A stretch of DNA of 63,810 nt, filler included, from Choristocarpus tenellus KU-1152 (Eukaryota; Protista; Phaeophyceae): the NCBI GenBank assembly GCA_964200185.2. It is 11 parts of 11 records of this genome, joined end to end, with 100 filler letters (N's around TTAATTAATTAA, not from the genome) between each part and the next. Parts side by side here need not be neighbours in the genome. Positions count along the whole stretch, not along the records: positions 38,181 to 41,173 come from CAXNAD020023076.1; positions 41,274 to 57,648 come from CAXNAD020000835.1; 9 more parts are not named here. One strand, given 5' to 3'. The notes under the pieces were generated by a model, which saw only the letters and a list, made by a program, of their open reading frames with translations, was not told the origin of the DNA and made no database searches. Shown here piece by piece: positions 38,577 through 50,000 of this stretch. A program made the translations under genes and the position numbers. Numbering within the stretch: the stretch's first letter is position 1; every line of letters begins with the position of its first letter.

Positions 38577-41044
38577 TGAATTTTTTCGCTGTGCATTGAT
38601 CTTGCTCCAGGAGGGTGCTGTGCCAGGTGGCAATCTCGGTCCCTACAGGGAAAGCTCCCGCCAGGGTGGATTTGCAACTTGTGGTCCTGGGCACTTCATG
38701 GAGGTAGTTGGCAGTGTCCACTCTGCGACTCGGCAGACGTGGTATCAGAAGGTGAGTGGTCATTGCACCAGTCTTTGTGATAATGTAAGTTGGTTAGTCA
38801 TTATGCTTGTGAGCAGTTCCCATTTCTCCGTTGTTTTCTCCTGGATTATACACGCACTCTTCAGTACCATAATGAAGGCGTGTCGTGATTCAAATACTAC
38901 CACCAGCAATATATCAAACCTAGCCTGGACAGGCGAATCAAACACCAGTTCTGTTTCCTTTGGCATCACAGTCACTGTAAGTAAATATGGACTTCCCAGA
39001 GTTTGAATTCAATTCCAAAATGTACTGAGTATAAGTTCTGCCAAGCACTGATCAATTGTATCGGAGATGATAGGATAAATTCAGTTCCCCCTGCCAAATT
39101 AACTTCAGTCCATCTTTTTCGACTCTGACCACAGTTTCCTCACTCCGCTTCCCGTCTCAATCTTCGGCAGTGGAATGTGAATCGCTTTCTCCGACCGGAA
39201 GCCATGGGAGGTGTTCTCCACAATGATGTCTTCAATGGACGCAATTCCCCAATCGACAAGAGCTTGCTTGAAAACGAATTACTGAAAAAGCATGTGATGG
39301 AGCACACCTACAAGAACAATGAGCTCCTTGGTGTTAAAAACCCCGAAGTCAGTCTGCTTCTTCCCGTGGTGAGTATCTTCCTCGATATTTTGGTTTGAGG
39401 AAGGGCAACGTGTGTTATCCTCAGGTAGAAGAGTGCTTCAAAGTGCATGGTGGCCCTGGTGAAGGCTGAAAAGATACAGTATTCATGTCCCTGTACCTTG
39501 TGTACAAGTAACATCGCGAGCTATTGTTACCCTTCGAGTAGTTCGTTAAGTGCGATAAAGGTTTGCATTTTGTCCACAACATTTGAGGGGGTCAATGTGT
39601 TAATTGATATTCAGTATGTTCGGATTTCCCAGAATATTACTGACTTCAAAGATATTAACCTTGATGGATTTGGACTCTTTCTAAGACCAATACCATATAT
39701 CGGTGTAGCGAATAGGAGGAGCAACATCTATATCTACTATAGCAGGTTTGTCTGTTGCTATACCGTTATTTTCGTATGTCGTATGTCATATACCGTTATA
39801 CCGATTGAGTTTTCCTTACAAGAACTGCCACAGAACAACACGATCCATAAAATTATTTGAATCTTCCAATTGATTCTACAGGGAGTCCCTGAAGGATCGC
39901 CCACGCACCCAAGCTACCCTGCTGGTCACAGTGTCAACAGTGGAGCAGCGACCACAGTGCTTAAGGTGATGACAAGGACATTAATTTGGTTTACATTTGT
40001 GTAGATCCATACAAAGACACAAAGTTCTCTAGTACAACCACACAAAAGTTTCATCCATCCTTTCCTGTATCCCAGTTGGGACTTGGGTACGGTGTAAGGG
40101 TTCTTAATCGTACTCACCACTACGATTCTTCAAATTCCTACGAAGAGGTTGTTGTGTCAAAGGAGTGGGAATACATTTCAACTTGATGATATTGTCATGC
40201 AGAGTTAAACACACTTTGTCAACATTTGGTGTCAGTAGCACACGACCAGAGCCCTAGCTACCTTGAAAAAAAAAAAGCGATCTACTTGATACTAGTTGGG
40301 GGCTATATATACGCTTCTGTATCCCTTGGAACACTGCGAAGTATCGATGTTGATATCTTCAAGTACATCCAAGATTTTTTTCAAGATGTTTTCTGTGAGC
40401 GGAGACATTCGCAATCTCATTTACTCCTTGACGTTTTGAGTTGATCGGTTACAGTTCGTTGTTGACCGCATTGACCACTCTTCTTTCTTCGTCTCCTCCT
40501 CTTAATTATCTTGAACTTATTGGCACATCCATTCCATCCTACGTATTTATTCTACCTTCCCTTCGTCCCTCAGGCCTTTCTTGGCCCCCACGGCAAAAAT
40601 TGTGTGGACTCCCCTGTAGATGTCAGCGATTGTGGTCTTGAGCGGTTCCCTCTCGAGGAGGGGAGCACACAGAGCTGCCTGACCTGGACGGGGGAATTGA
40701 ACAAGCTAGCCTCCAATATTGCGATGGGAAGGTAACACTGATGAGGGTGTTCTTCCAATTTTTGCTTTGTAAAGAGATGCGGATTCACGCCATCCACCAT
40801 ATATTTCTATCGCTCTCAGAAAATGGGGTCGGGTAACAAAGTAGATGGGTGCTGCATGTGTATTATTGCAGCGAAAAAAATGCAAAACAGTTCACCACAA
40901 GCCGGAAAGGTGACACAGCTTCTCTTGTTGACAAAACAATATGCGTGTTGGCCACACAGGTCGATGCTGGGGGTGCACTTTCGCGCTGACAATGTGGATG
41001 GCATGCTCTTTGGCGAGGTCATTGCCATCCGTATCTTGCAAGAG
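38577..41044 (+). CDS. Vanadium-dependent haloperoxidase, iodoperoxidase-like, partial (exons 38577-38751, 39171-39368, 39882-39965, 40574-40731, 40960-41044)
   Basis: In-phase splicing yields WYQK|WNVNRFLRPE, GSPTHPSYPAGH, GELNKLASNIAMGR|SMLGVHFRAD, the three vanadate-binding motifs of algal vHPOs. Confidence 0.95.
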
Positions 41045-41173
41045 GTTAGTGACACATACACTCTCAAACCGAAGCGCAACAATGAATATGGAAGGAAGGG
41101 GCTCAGAAAAACATAGTGTATATCATCAGTATAGGTCCAAAGTATCTGGGAGGGGGGGGGGGTCTACACCAAG

Positions 41174-41273
41174 NNNNNNNNNNNNNNNNNNNNNNNNNNN
41201 NNNNNNNNNNNNNNNNNTTAATTAATTAANNNNNNNNNNNNNNNNNNNNNNNNNNNNNNNNNNNNNNNNNNNN
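41174..41273. other. Artificial contig linker
   Basis: N-TTAATTAATTAA-N. Confidence 0.98.
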
Positions 41274-41699
41274 CCCCCCATTTACAACAGTTGACAGGCG
41301 TACACTGTTGTGTAGCACCCAATGCAAATTCCAACTGTCATAGAGAAGTGAGCTGCTTCGCACAAACCAAAACAACAATTTACATCATCCTCCTCTACTG
41401 TGTTGCAACATCCTGAGTTCCCCACCACTGCCCTTCCTCGTCTTCACTCCCTGCCTCCTCCCCCTGCTGCTGCTGCTGCTCTCAAGGCCCATTAAGGCAC
41501 GGTTACTTGGGGCAACAATGGCCTGTGGTGCAGTGGTGTCTGGTGTTCGGTCTGCATATGTTCCATCAGTTGGTCTTGCCCTGTTTTCAGTGTTCTTACT
41601 TCTCAGCAAGGGAGGCGTTATTGTGGACACTGACCGTGCAAAGTTGTAGTTCACACCACGGTGAAATTGTCTGCAAATGCCACTACCGTACTCTGTGTG

Positions 41700-43520
41700 G
41701 CACATAGATCAATTTCCATTTGGGCTACATGTGCCATAGATATATATCCCCTGTTTAAACTGGATTGGTGTCCAGTCAGAAGCCTGTCCACATTTCGTTG
41801 CCCTTGGTCAATTGATGATCTGTCTCCGTTCTTAGGAGATAATTCGTGAATGACATTACACAGAGAAGAGTACTGCAGTCTCCAGAGTCCCAAAATGGTG
41901 CAACTACAGGTTGCTTTTACGGAGTGGTTCCCAGCCAACGATCAGGTCAAACACTTCAATCCTTTTAAAGACAAGGATTTCTCAACAAACATGAGAGATA
42001 TAGCATCATAGATTTAGATTCACCTTTTCAAGGTTGACATCATTGATGGATGTATGTGACCATGTCCCTTTCATTTCTACCTAACCAAATGAACTTTAAT
42101 ACGACCTCTGGAGTAGTCTTCAGCTTTTTTCCTCGGCCAATTTTCTCGATGGTTTGTTCTCCAAAAATCATGTGTCTTCTGTGCCATTCGGCATGCAAAA
42201 TCTGAATCCAGGCTCAATCAGTAGAGTGTAGTTTTGACCAGATCAAAAGCTAACGGTAGTTGACTTGTGCAAATGGAATATGTATTCTTTTCGTTACTAA
42301 TTTATTTTTATCTGTCTTATATATCGCTCAGTGCTTCTAACTCTAATAAAAAAAATGGTTCATGTTTGTACTATCATCTATCTACGTGAATGATGCGAAG
42401 TGGAGGAAACAGTTATAGATGCAGAGCATGATGGGCACTGATTGCTGATCTGCAATGATCAGCAATTGTAGCAACATTGGGAACAGCAGTGACAGCAATA
42501 GTGTTGGTAGTAGCATCAAACATGCAGGCTTCCTCGCCCTGTTTGACAGCTCCTCCCGATGAAGGCTTCTTCAACAATGCAGTTGTGGGGGTCAGTGTGA
42601 TGAATCTGCCAATAGTGCAACCTGGGGTTTGGTGTGCAGTTTGACTAACAACGGAATCGATGTGTACTTGGCCGAGAGAAATGTAGCGTTGGACGTTGTA
42701 GGATTTAGAAAGGGACTAGACAGTAGGATCTCTCCTGTCTTGTGTAACTTCAAGATCTTGGCTTCAAACAAAGGAGAGCACGAATACAGGACTGATAATC
42801 TCAATACAAAAGTCCGCAAAAGGAAGATCGTGTGCCCCATAAGGCAATCCTAAGTACCCAATCTACAAGTACTCAGATGGTAGGTCCTTGAACTTTCTGA
42901 CAAATAGTCTCCCTTTTCTCCATATATAGCCACAAGAGAACCATGTTGAAGGTCGTAACATCCATTGGAGATGCAGCATGTGTAGGTAACATAGCCTTTG
43001 TGCATCTTGATATCCACTTGCATGCTTCTGGTGCTGATTTTCGCCTATCAAGCAGAAACGGTTCAATTATTGATACTCGTTGCATATGACAGTATGATTT
43101 GAAGGATTGTAGTATACCGACTGACAGTAACCAAACACACGTAGGTTTCATTTCACTTTTTGGCGCCTTGTGCACAACCCACGTAACAATTGGGGTGAAA
43201 TAGTTTACTCTTATCAACTCGTGCTCACCGAAATTCCCGTCAAAATATGTTCTAAATAGGGCAAGGTCACAGCCAGGTCCAGTTGTACTGTTTGATGGTT
43301 CCCGTTCATTCCTGCACAAATGTATTTTGTACGGGCCAGTCTGTGACCAAATATGGTTTAAAACATCAATGGCTCCTGTCCAGCCTGATAACACATATTG
43401 AGTTTCTGCCTGCCGGCAGTCTGGTTCAGTGATACTTGGTAACGGTCCTGGACTGGTCCCACTAAAACGTATCTCAACCGGACCGGTCCAGACAAGTATT
43501 GCCGGTCTAGTGTAAGGTCC
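41700..43520 (-). mobile_element. Probable decayed hAT DNA transposon
   Basis: PMDVTT.N resembles hAT DVxTRWNS; FLNP...ATFLSAKYTSIPL resembles LxPFxxATxxLSxxKYPT; GGACCGG-like subterminal repeats at 43370-43520. Confidence 0.45.
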
Positions 43521-44679
43521 AGTAGCGTGTACAATGGTGTATCTGACTTTGGGTTGGGAGAATCCCCTGACTAAAGTGAAAAAAATGATGAAGAATTATG
43601 ATTATGAAAAGAGTTCTCCTCGTACTGCTACATAACTCCCAACAAATTCCTGCCTCCCATCTCCTGGAAAAAATATATATTTGAAAAAAAACAATTTGTT
43701 TGTATTTTCTGGAAGCGTGAGAACGGACGTGTAGTAAAAGCAACTTATAAGCGCTAGGAAGAGCACTTTTTCAGTCAAAATATTTTAGTGTGGACCTTTT
43801 CTCGACTATCTCCCTTGCGACTTTTGCTTGCCCTGTTCCCCACCTACAGCATTTGCATCATGCTGTACCCCATGTTGGTCATGGAAGAGTCGGCAATAGC
43901 CGATTATGTTTGTTGCAAGTGAGATACAGGAGGAGTGACTCACCAGATTATAGCTTGACAACATCGTTGCAACATGTTCGTCTGAGTGTGTGTTATTCTA
44001 GAGACTGGTGTACTTATGTTTACAAGTTGTAAATAAATAATTTGCAACATGAAGTGTGAATACCAAGTGTACAATATTATGTAGATTCGAATGGTACTGA
44101 GGAAAGGAGATCGTATCTTTCTTTGTCACATGTAGCAAGTCTGAGGAACAGATATGAACACAGCAACAAGAACGGAAATCAGGACAGTATTCCCACCTCG
44201 ATCCCTTGGAATCTGCATCTCTATTCATGGACGATTTCCAGGTGTCGGAAGGTCCGTCCGATGAAGGGAAAACCATGACCCCTATGCCCTGACAAAAGCC
44301 TTGAACGACATTTTCACGCTGTCCATTTCGAGTGGCAAGGAAAAGGTTATTCGTTGGAACGGTTGTCCACAAGCTGCTTCGTGGCACATTGTCGGGAGGG
44401 ACTTCATGACACAAGAAGCAATGTGCAGGAACAGATGGGAATGTGCAAAATAGGACTTGTTGCGTACGTAAGGTATTCCTCCTTCTTGGTGTGCATGAGC
44501 CTTTTTTTGTTTGACGTAGTCCATGCAATCTGATAATAAGATAGTACATTTTGACTGATTGTTGATAATTGTTCGGTGTTGTAGTTGGGTTTTATTGATG
44601 TGTGATTGGCATTGGTGGTATATTCTCTGTATGACCAATACATGTGAGAGAGACAGTCGATACGTGTTACGTTTGCAGA

Positions 44680-45260
44680 AGTACAAGCAATCTCCCACCT
44701 TCCCCACTCTTTCACCAGCAATGAATGGTGTAGCTGCTGCTGCAGCTGAGGCGCAAACGCGTGCCCATCATGAGGGTAAAAAAAGCCCTCATAGTCATAA
44801 CCTCAAACCTTCGTGGTGGAAAGTGTTTGGCGCCTCGGCAAGGAAGCGGAATTTTTCTGGATGGGCTAGGTACGCACGAGGTAGGGGGGGGAAGGACAGA
44901 AGGTTATAGCAGGAAGGGGGCTGTAACATCCCGTCTATGAGAGACAGTTTCTATCACAACACAGGTAGCCCTATCCAGGCGGGTCATGCGCTTTAAGCTG
45001 GAGACATCAGGGAGATGGGCAAGGAGGGGCTTGTTAGATTCGTGGGATGCCTCCCTAGCCCCTCACCCTTCAGTACAGGACTAACCTAGGGTAGAGGTAC
45101 ACGGAGGGAACGGTGTAGCGTATCTGGTAGTAAAATAATCGATTAATGTTTTCCAAATTTATAAAAACTGTTACTTTTTTAGGGTTTATTCTGACATGTG
45201 AATAGTTTTTTATTTTCCTCTGATACATCTACAAAATGTCAAAGGGCATGACAATAAAAT
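44680..45260 (+). mobile_element. 5'-truncated RLE-type LINE copy
   Basis: NGVAAAAAEA..., nucleotide similarity to the 16300 and 25189 copies, same 3' tail. Confidence 0.8.
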
Positions 45261-45511
45261 ACATGGTTACAAATATGTTGTGTTGATCAAATATGGTCTT
45301 TGAAGAAACAATCCTTACCCAATCTATAGAATGTTGACAATTATTGGGCAGGATATAATGACCATCTTATCAACCATTAAGGACCATGGAGCATGGAGTA
45401 CACATGTAAAATAGTTCACAAGACAAGTTAGTAGGTTGGTCCATACTCCGTTATCTGACTATGAAAATGTATCATAGTGATCTTCTAAACAGTGACACAA
45501 TAGACAAACTG

Positions 45512-46200
45512 TAGGGGGGAGAGGAACTGGGGGCTATGACAGGAAAGGGGCGGTCAAATCCGGTCTACGTCAAATAGTCTCAGTAACAAAGCAGGTGGCA
45601 TTGTCTAGACGTGCCATGCGTTTTAAGCTGGAGTCACGAGGGAGATGGGCAAGGAGGGGTTTGTTGGATTCTTGGGAGGCTTCCCTAGCTCCTCACCCTG
45701 GTGTGGAGGAATAGGTAGATTGGAGACACAGGAAGGCAGTGGTACAGGATAGTAGTGAAAAAACAAATATATTGATGTTTTTCACAATTGTGACAACTTT
45801 TACTTCCTTAGGGACTTTTCTGACACGTGAATAATTTTTCCTTGGTTTCCCCCCTGACACATCTGCAAAATGTCAGAGGGCATAATAATACAATATACGT
45901 TCTTATGTTTAGGATATTTTATTTCCTTAGGGCTAACGACATACATAGTTTTCATTGGTTTCCCCCCTGTATATAATATATATAGTTTTCATTGGTCTAC
46001 CCCCTGACACATCTGCAAAATGTCAGAGGGCATAATAATACAATATACGTTCTTATGTTTAGGATATTTTATTTCATTAGGGCTAACGACATATATAGTT
46101 TTCATTGGTTTCCCCCCTGTATATATACATAGTTTTCATTGGTCTCCCCAATGACACATCTGCAAAATGTCAGAGGGCATAATAATAATATAATACAATA
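45512..46200 (+). mobile_element. 5'-truncated RLE-type LINE copy with triplicated 3' end
   Basis: Matches 25300-25660; TGACACATCTGCAAAATGTCAGAGGGCATAATAATA occurs three times. Confidence 0.85.
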
Positions 46201-46839
46201 GACAAAACAAGCATACCATAAATAATAATAACACGTAACCTTTACCCTAATAACATTGTGATAATACTAGAAAATTGACTGGCATATCGGTTACACCAAA
46301 GAGAGAATGGAAAACGCCACCCCAACAGGGCATTTAAGGCAAACAAGAAAGAGGTAACCATCTTGGTGCAAAGGCAGTGCTCGTGACGTGCATACGTTCA
46401 CGGCCCGAGGCCCAGAGATAGATACACGTACCGAAAAAGAAAAGTGTAAGGTAGGTTTACGAATGATCCCGCGATTTTCTATTCTTGGCACCTATATCTC
46501 AGACAGCCCAGTGGTATCGTACGACATTCCTGCACCCATACTGATGCTTTTCCCTTTATACGTCACACCCATATATAGGTGCGGCATGCATCTACTCATT
46601 CGACGTCTTTTTGTGAGTATACTGGTGCTTGCGTATGTGCGCGTCACCTGTGGCAAGGTGGGGATCCGATAGTGTCACCCGTACAGACTATTGGACTCAC
46701 CGCGTTAGCAGTATCGACAAAGACGTCCCAACGTACAGACAACAGATTTCTCACTTCATAGGTTGTGACGCCATCTTGCAGTCGTTGCAATTTTTCATCC
46801 TTGTTGTTTTGCCTCTCCTGTGATTTCGACTCTTGATCT

Positions 46840-47019
46840 GGCTCAATGTATCTTGGGGGGGGGGTGGCAGCTGTCCATTTGGGGTCAATTTTTTTATGTC
46901 GCGATTTTTGGGTGAAATGGTCGCATACGTCGGATGGATGACGTAAGTACATATTTCCTGGTTATGACCCAAATTGACACCCTGGTGCAGACCTCCCCCC
47001 CCCCTAGATACTCTGGGTC
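46840..47019. mobile_element. MITE family A, complete, 3-bp TSD TCT
   Basis: TIRs GGCTCAATGTATCT...AGATACTCTGGGTC; TCT on both flanks. Confidence 0.85.
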
Positions 47020-47074
47020 TCTGTCTTTTGAGTTTCTTTTTCAATAACCCAGATCTCATCATTCAATGCAACAG

Positions 47075-50000
47075 GCTACGAGGCAGACAGAAGCCCTTGA
47101 AGATCTCCACCAGAAGCGCACTTCCCCGATATTCTCGAGGGGCATATGGAACTCTGCCTACGAGGGCTTTTGTGACCTCTCTGGGTGCTCCAAGGTGCAC
47201 CAGGCTGAGCATGCCACCGTCGCCAACGAATTACAAAATGCTAAGCATAAGGTGGGTGACTCCATGATTTCCCAATCACCCAAGCCCTGCGAGTCCTTCC
47301 TGTGCATGTTTCCATGCATTATATTTCCCACTTCACTTGTCTAATGCATCCCTTCTGCTCCTACCAAATCCACCCTTCATTTCACAAGTTGCCAGGGCAG
47401 AGATGTTGTGAGTGCCAAAAAAAATGACACCAAAGCCTGTGGGGCAACTAAATCGATTCACAGTACCAACAATTCAACCCTACCTACTACCTACTACCTA
47501 CTACCTACTACCAACTACATCCACACACACTAACCCCCCCTTTAAAATGTAAAATATTTTCCCTCCTTCTTCTCACCCTTGCCTCCGTCCTCACCCTTAC
47601 GAATCTCTTCCTCCTGCGCACATGTCCTCCATCCTCCCCCAATGTCACAATAAGACTTGACTATTGTAACAAATAAGGACATGAAATATCACATAAAACC
47701 ATGATGTGGCCTACTTATTAGACTACGGCAAGATATTGCACTTCAAATCATTTTATGGCTTCTCCAAATCAACCCGCCCTCCGGTAATTCCAGTGTCAAC
47801 ATCATACATAGCTTGACGGGAAAGCTCAGTTGAGAATAACACTTCAGATGTAATGTTAAAAAAATTACATGTGCAGTTATCACTACAAGAATTTTGGGGT
47901 GTACCAGGTGAAAAACGCCATTCCATCTTTCCTCATACCATGCGTATCAGGACATAACACTTTAAATTCGAACACAGTTTTATCAAGTTTCAAACCCTTT
48001 CCATTTCAGAGTTCATACTTTGACGTACATAATTGTTGTAAGAAGTTGCCATTCCAAAACAAACCACTGACACAAACAAACACATGGATTGTAGGCACCC
48101 CCATTGTCCGTTAGATTTTTTTTTCACTGCGCTTGAATACGCTCCCAACTGATTCTAGCACACACACTTTGCTAGAACAATAACCATTTTTGCAAAGCCT
48201 TGTTTCACACAAATGAATCATATTGAAGGCATTTTACCTGCACCTTCAAAACAATGCAGTAGTGTGCCTTTGGGTGTTTCCGCCGTGGGCTTAGTTTCAT
48301 GAGTGCCACCGATAATAGTGCACTGTATCCCCCGTGATCCTGTAATATTTGTGCTGTGAATACCACTCTTCAGACAAGCTTATACACTCAAAGACTCAAA
48401 AGACAAGCAGGCTTACAACACCAAACTTTGCAGTGTTGTGAATCACAATAATAATGATAATGATTCAATCCAGTCAACTTGTATCACTATCAACGAATAG
48501 TCAAGATCACGATCACGAGTATTTGGGTCATGTTGTTTGCTTTATACTTCCTCACAGTGCTCGAAGTTTTATCACAGCCACCTCACCTCAAAAAACGTGC
48601 ACGCCTCAATTTAACTCAACCAAGTAGATTGGAGCCAAAGTAAACGAGAGGTACCCAGGTTTAGGACGATTTGCATTTTAGATCTCTTCATCTATTTTTT
48701 TTGCGATTCTTCCATATTTTTATTGTTTCTATGGACAAAAAGTTGTAAGTTTGACCTGACATCGATCATTTCTCTCTATTGTTTGAAACAATTCGGACAC
48801 AATTCAGCAATATCCTACACTCACATTTGAAAAGGAAAAATAAGGGTCAAATTCTGCACCTATTTGTAGGACCCAAAGCATTTAAGAGGGTAGGAGTTCT
48901 GCCCTGTTTGTTAGTTCGGGGCTTGACTTCCCACGGGTTCATTATGCCCCTTTTCGGTTTTTCTGTGCAAACATTTCAAATTTTGGAGTAGGTAAAATGT
49001 ACGGGATTATGAAAGGTGTGTCCAGAGCAAGGGGCTCAAAGTATCTGGGGGGGGGGTCGCGGCTTTCCATTTGGGGTCCATTTTTCCATGTCACAATTTT
49101 TGTGTGATTTGGTTGCATGTGCCGGATCGATAATGTAAGTGCACCTTTCCTGGTCAGGGTCAAAATAGACACCCTGGTGTGGACCCTCCCCTCTCCCCCC
49201 CTCAGATACTTTGAGTCAGGATATTGACACTTATTAACAAACACAATACCCAAAATGAATAAAAAATGCAACATTGGATTTGTGATACTGACGCTTGCTA
49301 ACAAACACAATACCCAAAATTCATCAAAATCGCAACATTGGATTTATGACCCCGAACGGAGGCGGCCCTACCCTCTTAAGCGCTTTGGCTCTCAGCATCC
49401 TTAAAATGCAAGTCCTGGTACCCTCTCGTTACCTTTGACTGATCAACGATCTTTCGAGTCGATTTCACCGATAGCAATACAAAAAAACATTTTTGGACTC
49501 ACAACACAGCTGATCACCCACATCCTCGAATGGCCCATCAGGTGTTGGTCCTGTCGTCCCTGTTTGTACCAAGTCTTGGTGGGATAGTGGTCCTTGCATA
49601 CATGCGGGCAAAGCTTGTGAGACAGGTGATGTCACGGGGGAGCATTCTTTCCACTCTTTTTTAATCTAGTGAGTGGCCCACCCATCCCTGGTCCTGAAAG
49701 GTTTATCAAGCATAGGGGATTTCAACAACAGGGCTAGCCAGTTCAGAAGGGATAGGTATGCAAGGTGCCATCCCATCGGTTGATACGTTGTCGCCGTTGC
49801 CAAATGAGTTAACAATAATGGGTCAAAGTAAGCTAGAGGTACCCCATGTTTGCACTTCAAGGATGCTGACAAATATGTTTTTTTTTTAATAATAGCTTTT
49901 TTTATTTACAAAAGCATGAATAGGATATTTTCTGAATTCTGTTGAAAGGTCTCATCAAACAATATAGAAACCAACGCCCTCAAGTCAAGCTTAACACTTC

